A stretch of DNA of 64,000 nucleotides, taken from NCBI GenBank assembly GCA_050250895.1, contig JBFWNU010000006.1:247513-311512 (forward strand), in the 5' to 3' direction. Below are positions 8,763-19,145 of the stretch, in pieces (the first letter of the stretch is position 1; the number at the start of each line of letters is the position of its first letter). The translations under genes and the position numbers were made by a program. This DNA comes from Vulcanimicrobiota bacterium. Lineage in GTDB: Bacteria > Vulcanimicrobiota > Xenobia > Xenobiales > JADMJV01. The notes below the pieces were generated by a model. That model did no database searches. It saw only the letters and a list, made by a program, of their open reading frames with translations, and had not been told where the DNA came from.

Positions 8763-9824
8763 GTGAAGAAAGACGCGCGAGAATTTCTCCAAGGATTGGT
8801 TGAGTCCCACGGGACCCCGGGTTATGAAGAAGGGGTCCAGAAGCTCTTTCGAAATCGCATCGCGCCGGTTTGCAGCGAGGTGCGAACCGACGTGCTCGGC
8901 TCGGTTATCGGCGTGCGAAACCCCGGCAAGAAGCCCCGCATTCTCTTCGATGGGCACAGTGACGAGATCGGTTTTCTGGTTCGGTATATCGACGATAACG
9001 GCTTTCTGTTCGTGGCTCCCTCGGGAGGCTGGGACGCTGAGGTTGTGGTCAGTCAACGGGTGCTGGTGCATACCGCCAAAGGACCACTGTCGGGGGTCAT
9101 TGGCAAAAAGGCTATCCACCTGATGGATGCCGAGGAGCGCAAGAAGAAGTCCGAGCTACATCAACTCTGGATCGACCTTGGCGCCGCCGACGGCGAGCAA
9201 GCCAAAAAGCTTGTCGAGATCGGCGATTTCGTCACCATGGACGCTCCCTTCACCGAAGTTCTCGAGGGACGCGCGGTAGCCAAGTCGTTTGACAATCGAG
9301 CCGGGATCTTCGTGGTGGCCGAGACTTTGCGAGGCCTGAACAAGTCGCTCAAAGCCAGCGTCTATGGGGTGTCGGCCGTGCAGGAAGAGATCGGGCTGCG
9401 CGGCGCCAAGGCGGCCGCCTATGCGGTCGACCCCGATATCGGCATTGCCATCGATGTGACCCACGCCGTCGATCACCCCGACGCCAACAAGCGCAAAGTG
9501 GGTGATCTGCGTCTAGGTAAAGGGCCCGTCATCTGTCGGGGACCCAACATCAACCCCAAGGTGTTCGCCCGGTTGGTGGAAGTGGCCAGGAAGAAGAAGA
9601 TTCCCTATCAGGTCGAGGCCGACGGCCGCGGGACCGGCACCGACGCCAACGTGATCCAGTTGACCCGCGGCGGCGTGGCGACCGGCCTGGTCTCGATCCC
9701 GCTACGCTACATGCACAACCCGTGCGAGATGTTGGCGCTCGACGACCTCGACAACACCGTCAAACTGCTGGTAGCCTTCGCGCAGTCGGTCAGCCCCGAG
9801 GACGACTGGACTCCTGGAACCTAG
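8763..9824 (+). CDS. M42 family aminopeptidase
   Basis: GGAGG RBS + GTG; GHSDEIG, DNRAG, QEEIGLRGA, DVTHA, GTDA, PLRYMH motifs. Confidence 0.9.
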   Translation: MKKDAREFLQGLVESHGTPGYEEGVQKLFRNRIAPVCSEVRTDVLGSVIGVRNPGKKPRILFDGHSDEIGFLVRYIDDNGFLFVAPSGGWDAEVVVSQRVLVHTAKGPLSGVIGKKAIHLMDAEERKKKSELHQLWIDLGAADGEQAKKLVEIGDFVTMDAPFTEVLEGRAVAKSFDNRAGIFVVAETLRGLNKSLKASVYGVSAVQEEIGLRGAKAAAYAVDPDIGIAIDVTHAVDHPDANKRKVGDLRLGKGPVICRGPNINPKVFARLVEVARKKKIPYQVEADGRGTGTDANVIQLTRGGVATGLVSIPLRYMHNPCEMLALDDLDNTVKLLVAFAQSVSPEDDWTPGT

Positions 9825-11510
9825 ATGCTGCTAGAACTCGAAGTCGACAACTTTGCCCTGGTCGAGCATCTGACCCTGTGCTTCGAGGCGGGCCTGACGG
9901 TTCTCACTGGCGAGACCGGGGCCGGCAAATCGATCGTGCTCGACTCGATCAGCTTCCTGTTCGGCGGCACCCCGCGGGAAGAGGGGCCGCCCCGGGACCG
10001 ACCCCGCCGCGTCTCGGGACGCTTCGCCATCGACGCCAAAGCCCGCCAGCGTTTGCTCGAATGGGAATTCGACTGCGAAGAAGACGAAGTGTTGCTCAGC
10101 CGCGAACTCAAGCCCTCGGGGCGAACCAGTTGCCGCATCAACTCGCGCCTGATGACGGTGGCCAACCTGCGCGAGTTGGGCGAGCTCCTGATCGACCTCC
10201 ACGGTCAACATCAGAGTCACTCGCTGCAAAAGCCGTCGCGCCATCTCGAGTTGTTGGATCGGGTGGCCGGTAAGGCTCATCTCGAGCAGGTGGCTGCGTA
10301 CGAACAGCTCTATCGCCAGGCTCAAGTCTGTCAGGCCGAGCTTGACCAGTTGAGAGGGGCCGAGCGGGAACGCGTTCGCGAGTTGGAATGGTTGACTCGC
10401 GATCTTGACGAGATTCGTGACAAGGCCCCGGTGGTCGATGAGGAAGAAGAGTTAGAACAAGAGTTTCGTCGCCTGTCGGCGGCCGAAGAGCTGGCCGAGG
10501 CAAGCTCTCGCGTGGCCGATGGTCTCGGGCGCGACGGGGGGTGTTTGGACACGCTGGCGGCGGCTTCGCGGCGCTTGCTGAGTCTGACCAGTCACGACGC
10601 ATGTCTGGAAGAGTTCGCCAACCGGTTGGGCGAAGCCGAGATCGTGCTCAGCGAGTTGCAGCGCGATCTGGTCAGTTATCGCGAGCAACTGGTGGCCGAC
10701 CCGGTTCGTCTCGATGCCGTGCAGAGCCGTCTCGAGGTGCTCAAAGGGTTGCGGCGCAAATATGGGGCCACGCTGGCTGATGTGCTCGACTATGCCCGGG
10801 AGGCCGAGGCGAAGCTAGAACAGTTGTCCGAGGCCGACCGTCGCTGCGAGGCTCTCGAGGCCCGTCGAGAAAAGCTCTGGAGCGAGGTGGTGGCAGCCGC
10901 AAAAGGCTTGACCGCTAATCGTCACCAGGCGGCTCGAGCTCTCGAGGCGGAGGTGGTGAAAGAGCTGGCCGGCCTGGGGATGGCCCGCACGACTTTCGTG
11001 GTGCGCTTCGAGAACCCACCAGAGCCCGGTCTGGCTGGAGCCGAGACGGCCGAGTTCTTGATGTCGCCAAATCCCGGCCAGGACCCCAAGCCGCTGGCTC
11101 GGGTGGCCTCGGGGGGAGAATTGTCGCGAGTGATGCTGGCCCTGGTCGCCCTGTTTGCGCGCTACGATGCCGTGCCGACCCTGATCTTTGACGAGATCGA
11201 TGTGGGCCTCGGCGGCCGCGCAGCCGAGGCAGTGGCCGCCAAGCTCAAGAGTCTGGCCCGGCATTCGCAGGTCATCTGCGTCACCCATCTGGCCGTGGTG
11301 GCCGCGGCCGGTCATCAGCATGTTCGGGTCCACAAGGCCATCCACCAGCAGAAGACACTGATCTCGGTAGAGTCTCTCGACCCGCCCGGACGGGTTCTGG
11401 AAGTGGCTCGGATGATCAGCGGCGATGCCTCTCCCGAGACGGCGCTGCGTCACGCCGAGGAGTTGCTGCGCGGGGCCGGGGCAGGGATGGCAATGGGGGC
11501 GGAGAACTAG
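9825..11510 (+). CDS. recN: DNA repair protein RecN
   Basis: LTGETGAGKS Walker A, HGQH, ASGGELSRVMLAL signature, FDEID, CVTH. Confidence 0.95.
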   Translation: MLLELEVDNFALVEHLTLCFEAGLTVLTGETGAGKSIVLDSISFLFGGTPREEGPPRDRPRRVSGRFAIDAKARQRLLEWEFDCEEDEVLLSRELKPSGRTSCRINSRLMTVANLRELGELLIDLHGQHQSHSLQKPSRHLELLDRVAGKAHLEQVAAYEQLYRQAQVCQAELDQLRGAERERVRELEWLTRDLDEIRDKAPVVDEEEELEQEFRRLSAAEELAEASSRVADGLGRDGGCLDTLAAASRRLLSLTSHDACLEEFANRLGEAEIVLSELQRDLVSYREQLVADPVRLDAVQSRLEVLKGLRRKYGATLADVLDYAREAEAKLEQLSEADRRCEALEARREKLWSEVVAAAKGLTANRHQAARALEAEVVKELAGLGMARTTFVVRFENPPEPGLAGAETAEFLMSPNPGQDPKPLARVASGGELSRVMLALVALFARYDAVPTLIFDEIDVGLGGRAAEAVAAKLKSLARHSQVICVTHLAVVAAAGHQHVRVHKAIHQQKTLISVESLDPPGRVLEVARMISGDASPETALRHAEELLRGAGAGMAMGAEN

Positions 11511-11511
11511 G

Positions 11512-11534
11512 AGCCCGGCCGGAGCCGGGTTTTG
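11512..11534 (+). terminator. Probable intrinsic terminator after recN
   Basis: AGCCCGGC-CGGA-GCCGGGTT followed by a short T run. Confidence 0.55.
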
Positions 11535-11569
11535 TGGCCACGGGCTTTGGGTCACGGAAGCGAAGGTAT

Positions 11570-12871
11570 ATGGTTAAGAGCACGGTTCTGGAGAACGGTC
11601 TTCAGATAGTCACCGAGAGAATTCCCGAATTTCGATCTTGCACACTTGGCATCTGGATCGGGACCGGTTCACGCCACGAGCAAGAGAGCGAGGCCGGCAC
11701 CTCTCACTTCCTCGAGCACCTGCTGTTCAAGGGCACCAGCACTCGCAGCGCCTACGATATCGCCAAGACGATGGACGGGGTAGGGGGGCAGCTCAACGCC
11801 TTTACCGAGAAAGAACGCACCTGCTACTATGCCCGTGTGATGGCCGATCATGTGACGCTGGCGGTCGATTTGCTGGTGGACATGGTGGCTCATTCTCTGC
11901 TCGACCCGGCGGAGGTCGAGCGCGAGAAGGGCGTGATTCTCGAAGAGATCAAGATGTTCGAAGACTCGCCCGACGATCAGGTGGCCCATCATTTTACCCG
12001 TCGCGTCTGGGCTCGTCACGCCCTGGGGCGTCCCATCATCGGCACCCGTCAGGTGGTGGCCGGCATGTCTCGCGAGCTCCTGCTCGAATACATGCAGCGC
12101 CGCTATCGGACCTCGAACATCATGGTCGCCGCCGCTGGCCAGGTCGATCACGACCTGCTGGTGGGCGAGGTCAAGCGCCGGTCCGATCAGCTGCTGCAGG
12201 GCGCCACCTCGCAAACCTTGACTCCACCGGCCTCTTCCCGGCGCTCGGTGGTCTATTTCAAGGACTGCGAACAGGTCTACGTTTGCTATGGCTGCCCGGG
12301 CCTGTCGGCCATCGATCCCCGGCGCTACCAGATGATGGTGCTCGACAGCGTGTTGGGGGGTTCGATGTCCTCGCGCCTGTTCCAAGAAATTCGCGAGAAG
12401 CGGGGGCTGGTCTATTCGGTGGGAACCTTCCAGAATTCGTACCGGGATTGTGGATTGTTCGGCATCTACGCCGGTACGGGCAGCGACCGAGTCGAGCAGG
12501 TGATCGATATCACCCGCGACATTCTCACCGATATTCGCAACCACGGCATTACCGACGAAGAATTATCTCGCGCCAAAGAGTTGCTCAAGGGCAACCTGGC
12601 CCTGGCTATGGAGAGCACCTCGGCCCGAATGTTGAGACTGGCCCGGTCGGTGTTCTATCACGGTCGATTGGTTCCCATCGGCGAAGTCTTATCCGAGGTT
12701 GAAAAGACCGACCACGAGAATATTCGCGCGCTGGCGGATTGGCTGCTCGATATCGACAACTATTCTCTGGCTGTGCTCGGGCCGGTGGAATCGGTGGACG
12801 GCATTTCGGCGCAGCCCGTCGAGAGCCTGTCCTCGGTGGACCAGGCGGCCTTTTGCGGAGGAAGAAGCTAG
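11570..12871 (+). CDS. M16 family (pitrilysin/MPP-like, YmxG/MlpA-type) zinc protease
   Basis: HFLEH inverted zinc motif, LNAFT, SSRLFQEIREKRGLVY. Confidence 0.92.
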   Translation: MVKSTVLENGLQIVTERIPEFRSCTLGIWIGTGSRHEQESEAGTSHFLEHLLFKGTSTRSAYDIAKTMDGVGGQLNAFTEKERTCYYARVMADHVTLAVDLLVDMVAHSLLDPAEVEREKGVILEEIKMFEDSPDDQVAHHFTRRVWARHALGRPIIGTRQVVAGMSRELLLEYMQRRYRTSNIMVAAAGQVDHDLLVGEVKRRSDQLLQGATSQTLTPPASSRRSVVYFKDCEQVYVCYGCPGLSAIDPRRYQMMVLDSVLGGSMSSRLFQEIREKRGLVYSVGTFQNSYRDCGLFGIYAGTGSDRVEQVIDITRDILTDIRNHGITDEELSRAKELLKGNLALAMESTSARMLRLARSVFYHGRLVPIGEVLSEVEKTDHENIRALADWLLDIDNYSLAVLGPVESVDGISAQPVESLSSVDQAAFCGGRS

Positions 12872-13681
12872 GTGGAACCCGAGGACCGAATCAAAGTAGT
12901 GGTGGTCGGGGCCAACGGCCGTATGGGCCGACAAACGGTCGAAACGGTCTTGCAACAGGTCGACCTCGAGCTGGTCGCGGCCGTGGGTCACGCCCGCGAG
13001 TTGGGTGAAGACGTTGGTGTCTTGACCACCGGCGAAGCCTGCGGCATCACCCTGACCAATGACCTGGAAGCAGCTGTTGCAGCGGCCAGCGGAGGGGTAT
13101 TGGTGGATTTTAGCCTGGGCCACGCAGTCAAGCACACGGTGCTGGCCGCCCTGGCCCGCGACGTAGCCTGCGTGGTGGGGGCTACCGCCATCCCCGGCAC
13201 CGACGAGTCGGAAATGGTCGAGGCGGCTGGCAAGACGCCGGTGTTGATCGCGCCCAACTTCGCTCTGGGAGCGGTGCTGATGATGCAGTTCGCCCGCCAG
13301 GCTTCCAAGTATTTTCGGTGGGCCGAGATTATCGAGTTTCACCACGAGAAGAAGGTGGACGCTCCCTCGGGCACGGCCCGTCGCACCGCCGACTTGATGC
13401 GGCGGGCCCGTTCAGACGGCTTTCGAGCCGCCCCCGAGGGCGACGAGAGTCTCAAAGACTGTCGCGGAGGGTCGATCGGGGGGATACGCATCCACTCGGT
13501 GCGTCTGCCCGGGCTGCTGGCCCATCAAGAGGTGATTTTCGGAGCTCAAGGCGAGACGTTGTCGATTCGCCACGACGCCCGTTCGCGCGAGTCGTACATG
13601 CCGGGGGTTCTGCTGGCAATACGCAAAATTCGCAGTCTGACCGGCTGCGTCATCGGATTGGAGAATTTGGTCGATTCGTGA
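12872..13681 (+). CDS. dapB: 4-hydroxy-tetrahydrodipicolinate reductase
   Basis: GANGRMG, APNF, EFHHEKKVDAPSGTA, HSVRLPG. Confidence 0.95.
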   Translation: MEPEDRIKVVVVGANGRMGRQTVETVLQQVDLELVAAVGHARELGEDVGVLTTGEACGITLTNDLEAAVAAASGGVLVDFSLGHAVKHTVLAALARDVACVVGATAIPGTDESEMVEAAGKTPVLIAPNFALGAVLMMQFARQASKYFRWAEIIEFHHEKKVDAPSGTARRTADLMRRARSDGFRAAPEGDESLKDCRGGSIGGIRIHSVRLPGLLAHQEVIFGAQGETLSIRHDARSRESYMPGVLLAIRKIRSLTGCVIGLENLVDS

Positions 13682-14688
13682 GTAAGAGGTATTGTGTAGC
13701 GGTGGTCGGAGCCACCGGGGCGGTGGGTTCGACCATGCTCACCGTGCTTGAAGAACAGAATTTTCCCGTGGCCAGGTTGCGCCCCGCGGCGACCTCGCGT
13801 TCGGCCGGCACCGAGGTCGAGTTTCAGGCCCAGAAATGGGTGGTCGAAGACATCGATCAGATGAGCTTCGAAGGGGTCGATGTGGCGCTCTTTGCTGGCG
13901 GCGAGATCGCTTCCGAAAAGTATGCCGAGGCCGCTCGTCAGGCGGGCGCGGTGGTGATCGACAATTCCGCCACCTTTCGCATGCACCCCGACGTGCCGCT
14001 GGTGGTGCCCGAGGTCAACCCCGACGATCTGGCCGAGCACGGCGGGATCATCGCCAATCCCAACTGCTCCACCATCCAGATGGTGGTGGCCCTGGCTCCG
14101 CTGCGTGAGGCCGGTTTGAAGCGGGTGATCGTGTGCACCTATCAGTCGGTCTCGGGCACGGGCAAGCCGGCCATCGACGAACTCGAGAACCAGACCCGAA
14201 ACTGGGCGGCCGGCCAGGATTATGGCCCGGCCGAGGTCTATCCCAGCACCATCGCTTTCAACTTGCTGCCTCATATCGGTTCGTTCTTGGAAGACGGCTA
14301 TACCGGCGAGGAACGCAAGATGATTCTCGAGACGCGCAAGATTATGGGGTTGCCCGATCTGGCCGTGACCGCGACTTGCGTGCGCGTGCCCACGCGCTAC
14401 GCCCACGCCGAGTCGGTCTACATCGAGACCGAGCGCGAGTTGACGGTCGAGCGGGCGGTCGAACTTCTGTCTGCCGCTCCCGGAATCAAGGTCTTTGCCG
14501 AGGCTGCCGACTATCCGACTCCCCTGTCGACTGAAGGACAAGACCTGACCATGGTGGGCAGAATTCATCGCGATGTATCGGTGAAATACGGTCTGCACCT
14601 TTGGGTAGTGGCGGACAACCTGCGCAAGGGGGCCGCCACCAACGCGGTCCAGATTGCTCAGACCCTGATCGCACGCGGTCAACTTTAA
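13678..14688 (+). CDS. asd: Aspartate-semialdehyde dehydrogenase
   Basis: GTG overlapping the dapB stop; VGATGAVG, IANPNCSTIQ, YQSVSG, DNLRKGAATNAVQIA. Confidence 0.95.
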   Translation: MSKRYCVAVVGATGAVGSTMLTVLEEQNFPVARLRPAATSRSAGTEVEFQAQKWVVEDIDQMSFEGVDVALFAGGEIASEKYAEAARQAGAVVIDNSATFRMHPDVPLVVPEVNPDDLAEHGGIIANPNCSTIQMVVALAPLREAGLKRVIVCTYQSVSGTGKPAIDELENQTRNWAAGQDYGPAEVYPSTIAFNLLPHIGSFLEDGYTGEERKMILETRKIMGLPDLAVTATCVRVPTRYAHAESVYIETERELTVERAVELLSAAPGIKVFAEAADYPTPLSTEGQDLTMVGRIHRDVSVKYGLHLWVVADNLRKGAATNAVQIAQTLIARGQL

Positions 14689-15897
14689 ATGCTGAAGGTC
14701 GTGGTCCAGAAGTTCGGTGGGACTTCGGTGGCCAGCCCCGAGGGTCGTCGGCAAGTGGCCGAGCGAGTGCGCGCGGCGCTCGAACGGGGCCTTAACCCGG
14801 TGTTGGTACTATCGGCCATGGGCCGCTCTCCCGAGCCGTATGCCACCGACTCTCTGTTGGAACTGGTCAAGCCGTTCTCGGCACACGCCGATACTCGCGA
14901 GCTTGACCTGCTGATGGGTTGTGGCGAGATCATCTCGTGCGTGCTGATGAGCCACTATCTGCGCAGCCTGGGTTACCGCAGTTCCGCCCTGGATGCTTAC
15001 GGTGCCGGGATTCGTGCCGACGGACGCCACGGCGACGCCCGCATCGTCTCGATCGATCCCAGGCTGATGTTGGCCCTGGTGAGCAACGGCGGTATTCCTG
15101 TGGTGGCGGGGTTTCAGGGGGTCAACCAGGATAACTCCTTGACGACCCTCGGACGCGGGGGGAGTGACACGACGGCAGTGGCCGTCGGAGCGGCCCTGAG
15201 AGCCCACTACGTGGAGATCTACACCGACGTCGATGGAGTGATGACCGCCGACCCACGGGTGTTGCCCGAGGCGCAGATCCTCTCCGAGATCAACTTCGAA
15301 GAGATGGGCGAATTGGCGGGGGAGGGGGCCAAGGTCGTCCACCCGCGGGCGGTCGAGTTGGCGGACGATCACGGCATCCCTCTATGGATCAAGAATACCT
15401 TCGGCGACTTTTACGGCACCTACCTGTCCCGGGCCGTGCCCAAAGACAGCTACGAGCGCACTCGGATCATCACGGGGCTGGCCCATGTGCTCGGATTAAG
15501 CCAGGTGGTCATCGAGGTCACCCAGCCGGCCGACAAGGCTCGTTGCCTGGATCGCCTGGCCGGTGAGGGCGTCAATCTCGACCTCATCAACGTGACCACT
15601 GACCGTCTCTACTGTATCGTTCGCAGCGAGCCGTTCGAACAGACGGCGCGCCAGGTGCTCGAGTCGCTCGGACTCGAGTTTGCCATTCGCTCGAACTGCG
15701 CCAAGCTTTCGGTAGTGGGGGCAGGCATGCGAGGCACGCCCGGCGTGATGGCGCGGGTCTACGGTTGTTTGATCGAGGCCGGGGTGGACGTGCTGCATTC
15801 CACCGACTCGAACATCACCATTTCGTTTCTGATACCGGCCGCTCAGATCAGCTCGGCCGTGGCCGCGCTGCATAGCCGGTTTATCGCTTGTACTTGA
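14689..15897 (+). CDS. dapG: Aspartate kinase (aspartokinase I type)
   Basis: VQKFGGTSV, PYATDSLL (DapG-like), TTLGRGGSDTTA, TDVDGVMTADPR, two ACT domains. Confidence 0.9.
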   Translation: MLKVVVQKFGGTSVASPEGRRQVAERVRAALERGLNPVLVLSAMGRSPEPYATDSLLELVKPFSAHADTRELDLLMGCGEIISCVLMSHYLRSLGYRSSALDAYGAGIRADGRHGDARIVSIDPRLMLALVSNGGIPVVAGFQGVNQDNSLTTLGRGGSDTTAVAVGAALRAHYVEIYTDVDGVMTADPRVLPEAQILSEINFEEMGELAGEGAKVVHPRAVELADDHGIPLWIKNTFGDFYGTYLSRAVPKDSYERTRIITGLAHVLGLSQVVIEVTQPADKARCLDRLAGEGVNLDLINVTTDRLYCIVRSEPFEQTARQVLESLGLEFAIRSNCAKLSVVGAGMRGTPGVMARVYGCLIEAGVDVLHSTDSNITISFLIPAAQISSAVAALHSRFIACT

Positions 15898-17560
15898 GCA
15901 TCATGGCCCGGCGCTGATAATCGGTCGAGCCGGCATAGTCGCCCAGGCCGTCGTAGATCTTGCCCAGCAGCTTGAGATAGTTCACGCTCTCTTTGCAGTC
16001 GACTCCGTGAGCGCGCTCGACCAGTTCGAGAGCTTCTTTGGCCACCGGTTCGGCCTCGGTGAGCATCTTCTGCCGGGTATAGATGTCGGCCAGCCCAAAG
16101 AGCGACTCGGCCAACTTCAGGGGTTGCTCGGCTGCGAAGGCGCGCCGCATCGCCACCGCCCGGCGATAGAACAGTTCTGCCTTGGCGTGGCGATGCTCGC
16201 GACAAACTTCGGCGAAGTCGTGATACTTGTCCCCCAGCACAGGATCGTCGGGGGCCGAGATCCGTTCCAGCAGTTCCAGGGCCCGCAAACGGGTCTCGAT
16301 GCCTTCTTTGTAGCGATGTTTGGCCAGGTGATTCTGAGCCTCACCATCCCAAACGGGAATAATCCGACGATAGATCTCGGCGGCGCCCTCTTCGTCGCCG
16401 CGAGCGTGTAGCAGATCGGCTAGCCGCAACCGACTCTCCATCAACTGGCTGTCGGTCGGGCGCAATTGAGCCTCGCGCACGGCCAGGCTCTTACGATAGA
16501 GAGCCTCGAGCACGGCCGGTTCGGCCGTTTTGAGCGCCAATTCGTCGACTAGCGCGGCCGCCTCGAGCTGTTGCGGTTGAGGCAGCCTTTCGAGGTTCTC
16601 GAACAGATTCTGAGCCATCTGCTCGAACTCGCGGCGCAGGCCCTCTAGAAGGGCTTGAAAGGCCTGGTCGTTGGCGGGGGCCGAGCCGTCGTCGTTGAGG
16701 GCGAGAGCCGCACTGACCACCACGGCCCGGGCGCCGTGAAAGCCCAGATTGTGGGGGGCCGGATAGGTCACGCCGTGGATGACCACCTCGAGGCCGACGG
16801 ACTCCTCCGACCGGGGCAGGATGCCCATGGCGGCGGAAAATGCGCCCGGTGAGGGTTGCTCGTCGCTCAGCCCCGTAGTAGGCCGGGTTGGCCTGAAGCC
16901 GGGTTCCCCCTGGCTGCGAGTCAAGCAGCGATAGGTCAGGCAGGGCCCCAATTCGATGTTCTCGTCGAGCACTCGGCCGTTGACCTTGATGGTCGCCGGG
17001 GCACAGCGGCAACGCTGCCAGATGACGGCCGCTTCGGGCAACATGCCCGAAAACTTGCTGACGAACTTGGTGACCTTTCTCAATCGCCCTCGTTCGCGCA
17101 GCCGCACTCTGACATTCACCTCGGGATTGTTGGAAAAGTGCTTCGAAAGGGCTTTCAGGACGGGGGCCGAGGGGGTTGCCGACAGCGCGTACCCGTGCTC
17201 GCCCAGCCAACTTTCTACCACCACGGCCTCGGCGTTGGCTTTAAAGGCAGCCCCCAGGCCCACCGCGAGCAGGCGCAGCGGTTGGGGAGCGTGGGCCGGG
17301 ATGAGACCACCGGAAAGAACCGACAGATCGCGCTCTGAGAAAGGGCGCCCGTTGTATTCGAGGATGAAGTCGTCGGCGTCGTTGCGGACATCGACGAAGG
17401 TGGCCCCCGAGGCGATGGCAGCCGCCACGAAGCGCAAGACATAGGCGCTCGGATCGCCGAGGTTGATGTTTTCGAGGCCGCGCCGCGCTAGATCGACACC
17501 CATCTCGCTGACCTGGTCGAGGGCATTGGTCAAAAAGCCCAGGTCTTGTTTTTCCGCCAT
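15881..17560 (-). CDS. Hypothetical protein: divergent HSP90/GHKL-like N-terminus + C-terminal TPR repeats
   Basis: Start MAEKQDLG at 17560; 'DPSAYVLRFVAAAIASGATFVDV' resembles the GHKL N-box helix; kinesin-light-chain-like TPRs at the C-terminus. Confidence 0.6.
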   Translation of the reverse strand: MAEKQDLGFLTNALDQVSEMGVDLARRGLENINLGDPSAYVLRFVAAAIASGATFVDVRNDADDFILEYNGRPFSERDLSVLSGGLIPAHAPQPLRLLAVGLGAAFKANAEAVVVESWLGEHGYALSATPSAPVLKALSKHFSNNPEVNVRVRLRERGRLRKVTKFVSKFSGMLPEAAVIWQRCRCAPATIKVNGRVLDENIELGPCLTYRCLTRSQGEPGFRPTRPTTGLSDEQPSPGAFSAAMGILPRSEESVGLEVVIHGVTYPAPHNLGFHGARAVVVSAALALNDDGSAPANDQAFQALLEGLRREFEQMAQNLFENLERLPQPQQLEAAALVDELALKTAEPAVLEALYRKSLAVREAQLRPTDSQLMESRLRLADLLHARGDEEGAAEIYRRIIPVWDGEAQNHLAKHRYKEGIETRLRALELLERISAPDDPVLGDKYHDFAEVCREHRHAKAELFYRRAVAMRRAFAAEQPLKLAESLFGLADIYTRQKMLTEAEPVAKEALELVERAHGVDCKESVNYLKLLGKIYDGLGDYAGSTDYQRRAMMLKYKR

Positions 17561-17933
17561 GTTTCCACTTTTGCTGCTGCTTCCAGGCTTCCCTTCCGTC
17601 TCAGCCTGGCATTCTCTGTTGGGGTGAGCGAGATTCTTTACTTCGCGTATCGAGGACACGATAAAAATTTCTCCGAGAGACAAGTGGCTAAGTGGACTGA
17701 CTAGAACTGACCACTCCCATCGGCTACGTTTCGGGCTTCACACCAGGAAAGGCTCTTTGTGACCGTCTCGATTCTTTTATGCAGCTGGAGGTGGATGATT
17801 TTTCACTTTGTTGATTAGTTGGACTCGGCCGCTTGGTCGTCTGTTTTTCGAGTTTTAACCGGACGTGGGTGAAGTGGTTCTGACTGTGAGTTATCCAGGG
17901 ATACTTGTTCGTTTGGTAAATGAGGATCGTTGG

Positions 17934-17962
17934 TTTACAGCCATGGGGTTTTGGCGTATACT
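17934..17962 (+). promoter_or_regulatory. Sigma70-type promoter of the PilZ gene
   Basis: TTTACA-17 bp-TATACT, 23 bp upstream of ATG 17986. Confidence 0.7.
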
Positions 17963-17985
17963 GCCGATGGGGGATTGGAAATTGT

Positions 17986-18330
17986 ATGCAGAACGTTAGT
18001 GAAAAACGGCTTTTCTCGCGCATTGGCTGCGGGCTCGACTTGACTCTTCGCCGGTCGCTCGGCGACCAGTACTGCTCGGTGTCTTGTCGCGACCTCAGTC
18101 TGTCCGGGCTCGGCCTACGGCAAGCCAGAGACATTCAAGTGGGAGAAGAGGTCCAGGTCACCCTGGAGGGGTTTCCGCCTGTCAAGGCTCAGGTGAAATG
18201 GCTCAGTGAACGAGGGGCCGGACTAAGCTTTCAGGGCAGCCTGGGCCAGATCGCCGACACCTGGGTGGGAGAGGTTCTCGCTGCCCACGGCATTCGTGTG
18301 AAAGACCTGTTGGAAAAGGTCGCGGGCTAG
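17986..18330 (+). CDS. PilZ domain protein (c-di-GMP receptor)
   Basis: RxxxR (RLFSR) and DxSxxG (DLSLSG) motifs. Confidence 0.85.
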   Translation: MQNVSEKRLFSRIGCGLDLTLRRSLGDQYCSVSCRDLSLSGLGLRQARDIQVGEEVQVTLEGFPPVKAQVKWLSERGAGLSFQGSLGQIADTWVGEVLAAHGIRVKDLLEKVAG

Positions 18331-18335
18331 CTCTC

Positions 18336-19145
18336 TTGCCGGCATCGGCCAGGCTTGGCGTCGATCTGGGAGCTTCCCGGGTTCGCTGTTATCAGGTGTT
18401 GTCTGACTACAGTCTGGGTGAGATTCGAGCTGAGCGAGGGTTCAGTCCGTTCGTTCCCCCGGCTCGCGAGTTCCAGCTTCAGAACGGGGCCCACTCGAAG
18501 GCTGAGCAAGTCGCCGCCCAGGAACGGGTCGAGCGAATCGCGGCAACCATTAACGAATGTCTCAATGGGCTGGAGAGGCCCGAGGCTACCCTGGCCGTGG
18601 CCGCTCCCGGTCTCAAGAACGAGGCTCGCGACAGCATCGTGGTCAGTGTCAACGGCCCACGGATCGAGGCTTTGACCACGCGCCTGACAGAGTTGACGGG
18701 GTTGCCTTGTGGACCCCTGGGCGACGACTCGGTGATGGCGGCGCTGGCCGAGCAAGTCGCTCCCGGCGGTCAGTTGCGGGGGGTGTCCAACGCCTACTAC
18801 GTCGGGCCGGGCACCGGCCTGGCCGAGGCTATTCTCCAGGACGGGCGCTGGCTTGTTTCAGGGGACTATTCCCGGGCGTGGGAGCTTGGCCTCGAGATGG
18901 GCCTTCGCGGTCAGGCCTGGCTGGCCGACCCTCACGGTTCGCGACATCGCCTGTTAGGGCTCATCGAGTTGCGGCTCGACGAATTTACCCTCGAGCGGGT
19001 GGTGCTGGGCCAACGCTTGAGCGGCCAACCCGAGGTGGCCGATTGGCTGGCGCAGCAGCTGCCCCTGGATGTGGTCTGTTCCCGACTGATCGGCGCGGCT
19101 GCCATTGGGGCTGTTCACAGTTTGGGTCGAACGCTCACGGCATAG
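18336..19145 (+). CDS. ROK family protein (sugar kinase-like)
   Basis: GVDLGAS, VAAPG, DDSVMAALAE, GPGTGLA motifs; lacks the ExGH/Cys zinc motif. Confidence 0.7.
   Translation: MPASARLGVDLGASRVRCYQVLSDYSLGEIRAERGFSPFVPPAREFQLQNGAHSKAEQVAAQERVERIAATINECLNGLERPEATLAVAAPGLKNEARDSIVVSVNGPRIEALTTRLTELTGLPCGPLGDDSVMAALAEQVAPGGQLRGVSNAYYVGPGTGLAEAILQDGRWLVSGDYSRAWELGLEMGLRGQAWLADPHGSRHRLLGLIELRLDEFTLERVVLGQRLSGQPEVADWLAQQLPLDVVCSRLIGAAAIGAVHSLGRTLTA

Noticed and set aside
17561-17985. c-di-GMP riboswitch upstream of PilZ
   Set aside because: No GEMM-type GGCAAAC..GAAA..GACGCAAAG or class II signature recognised
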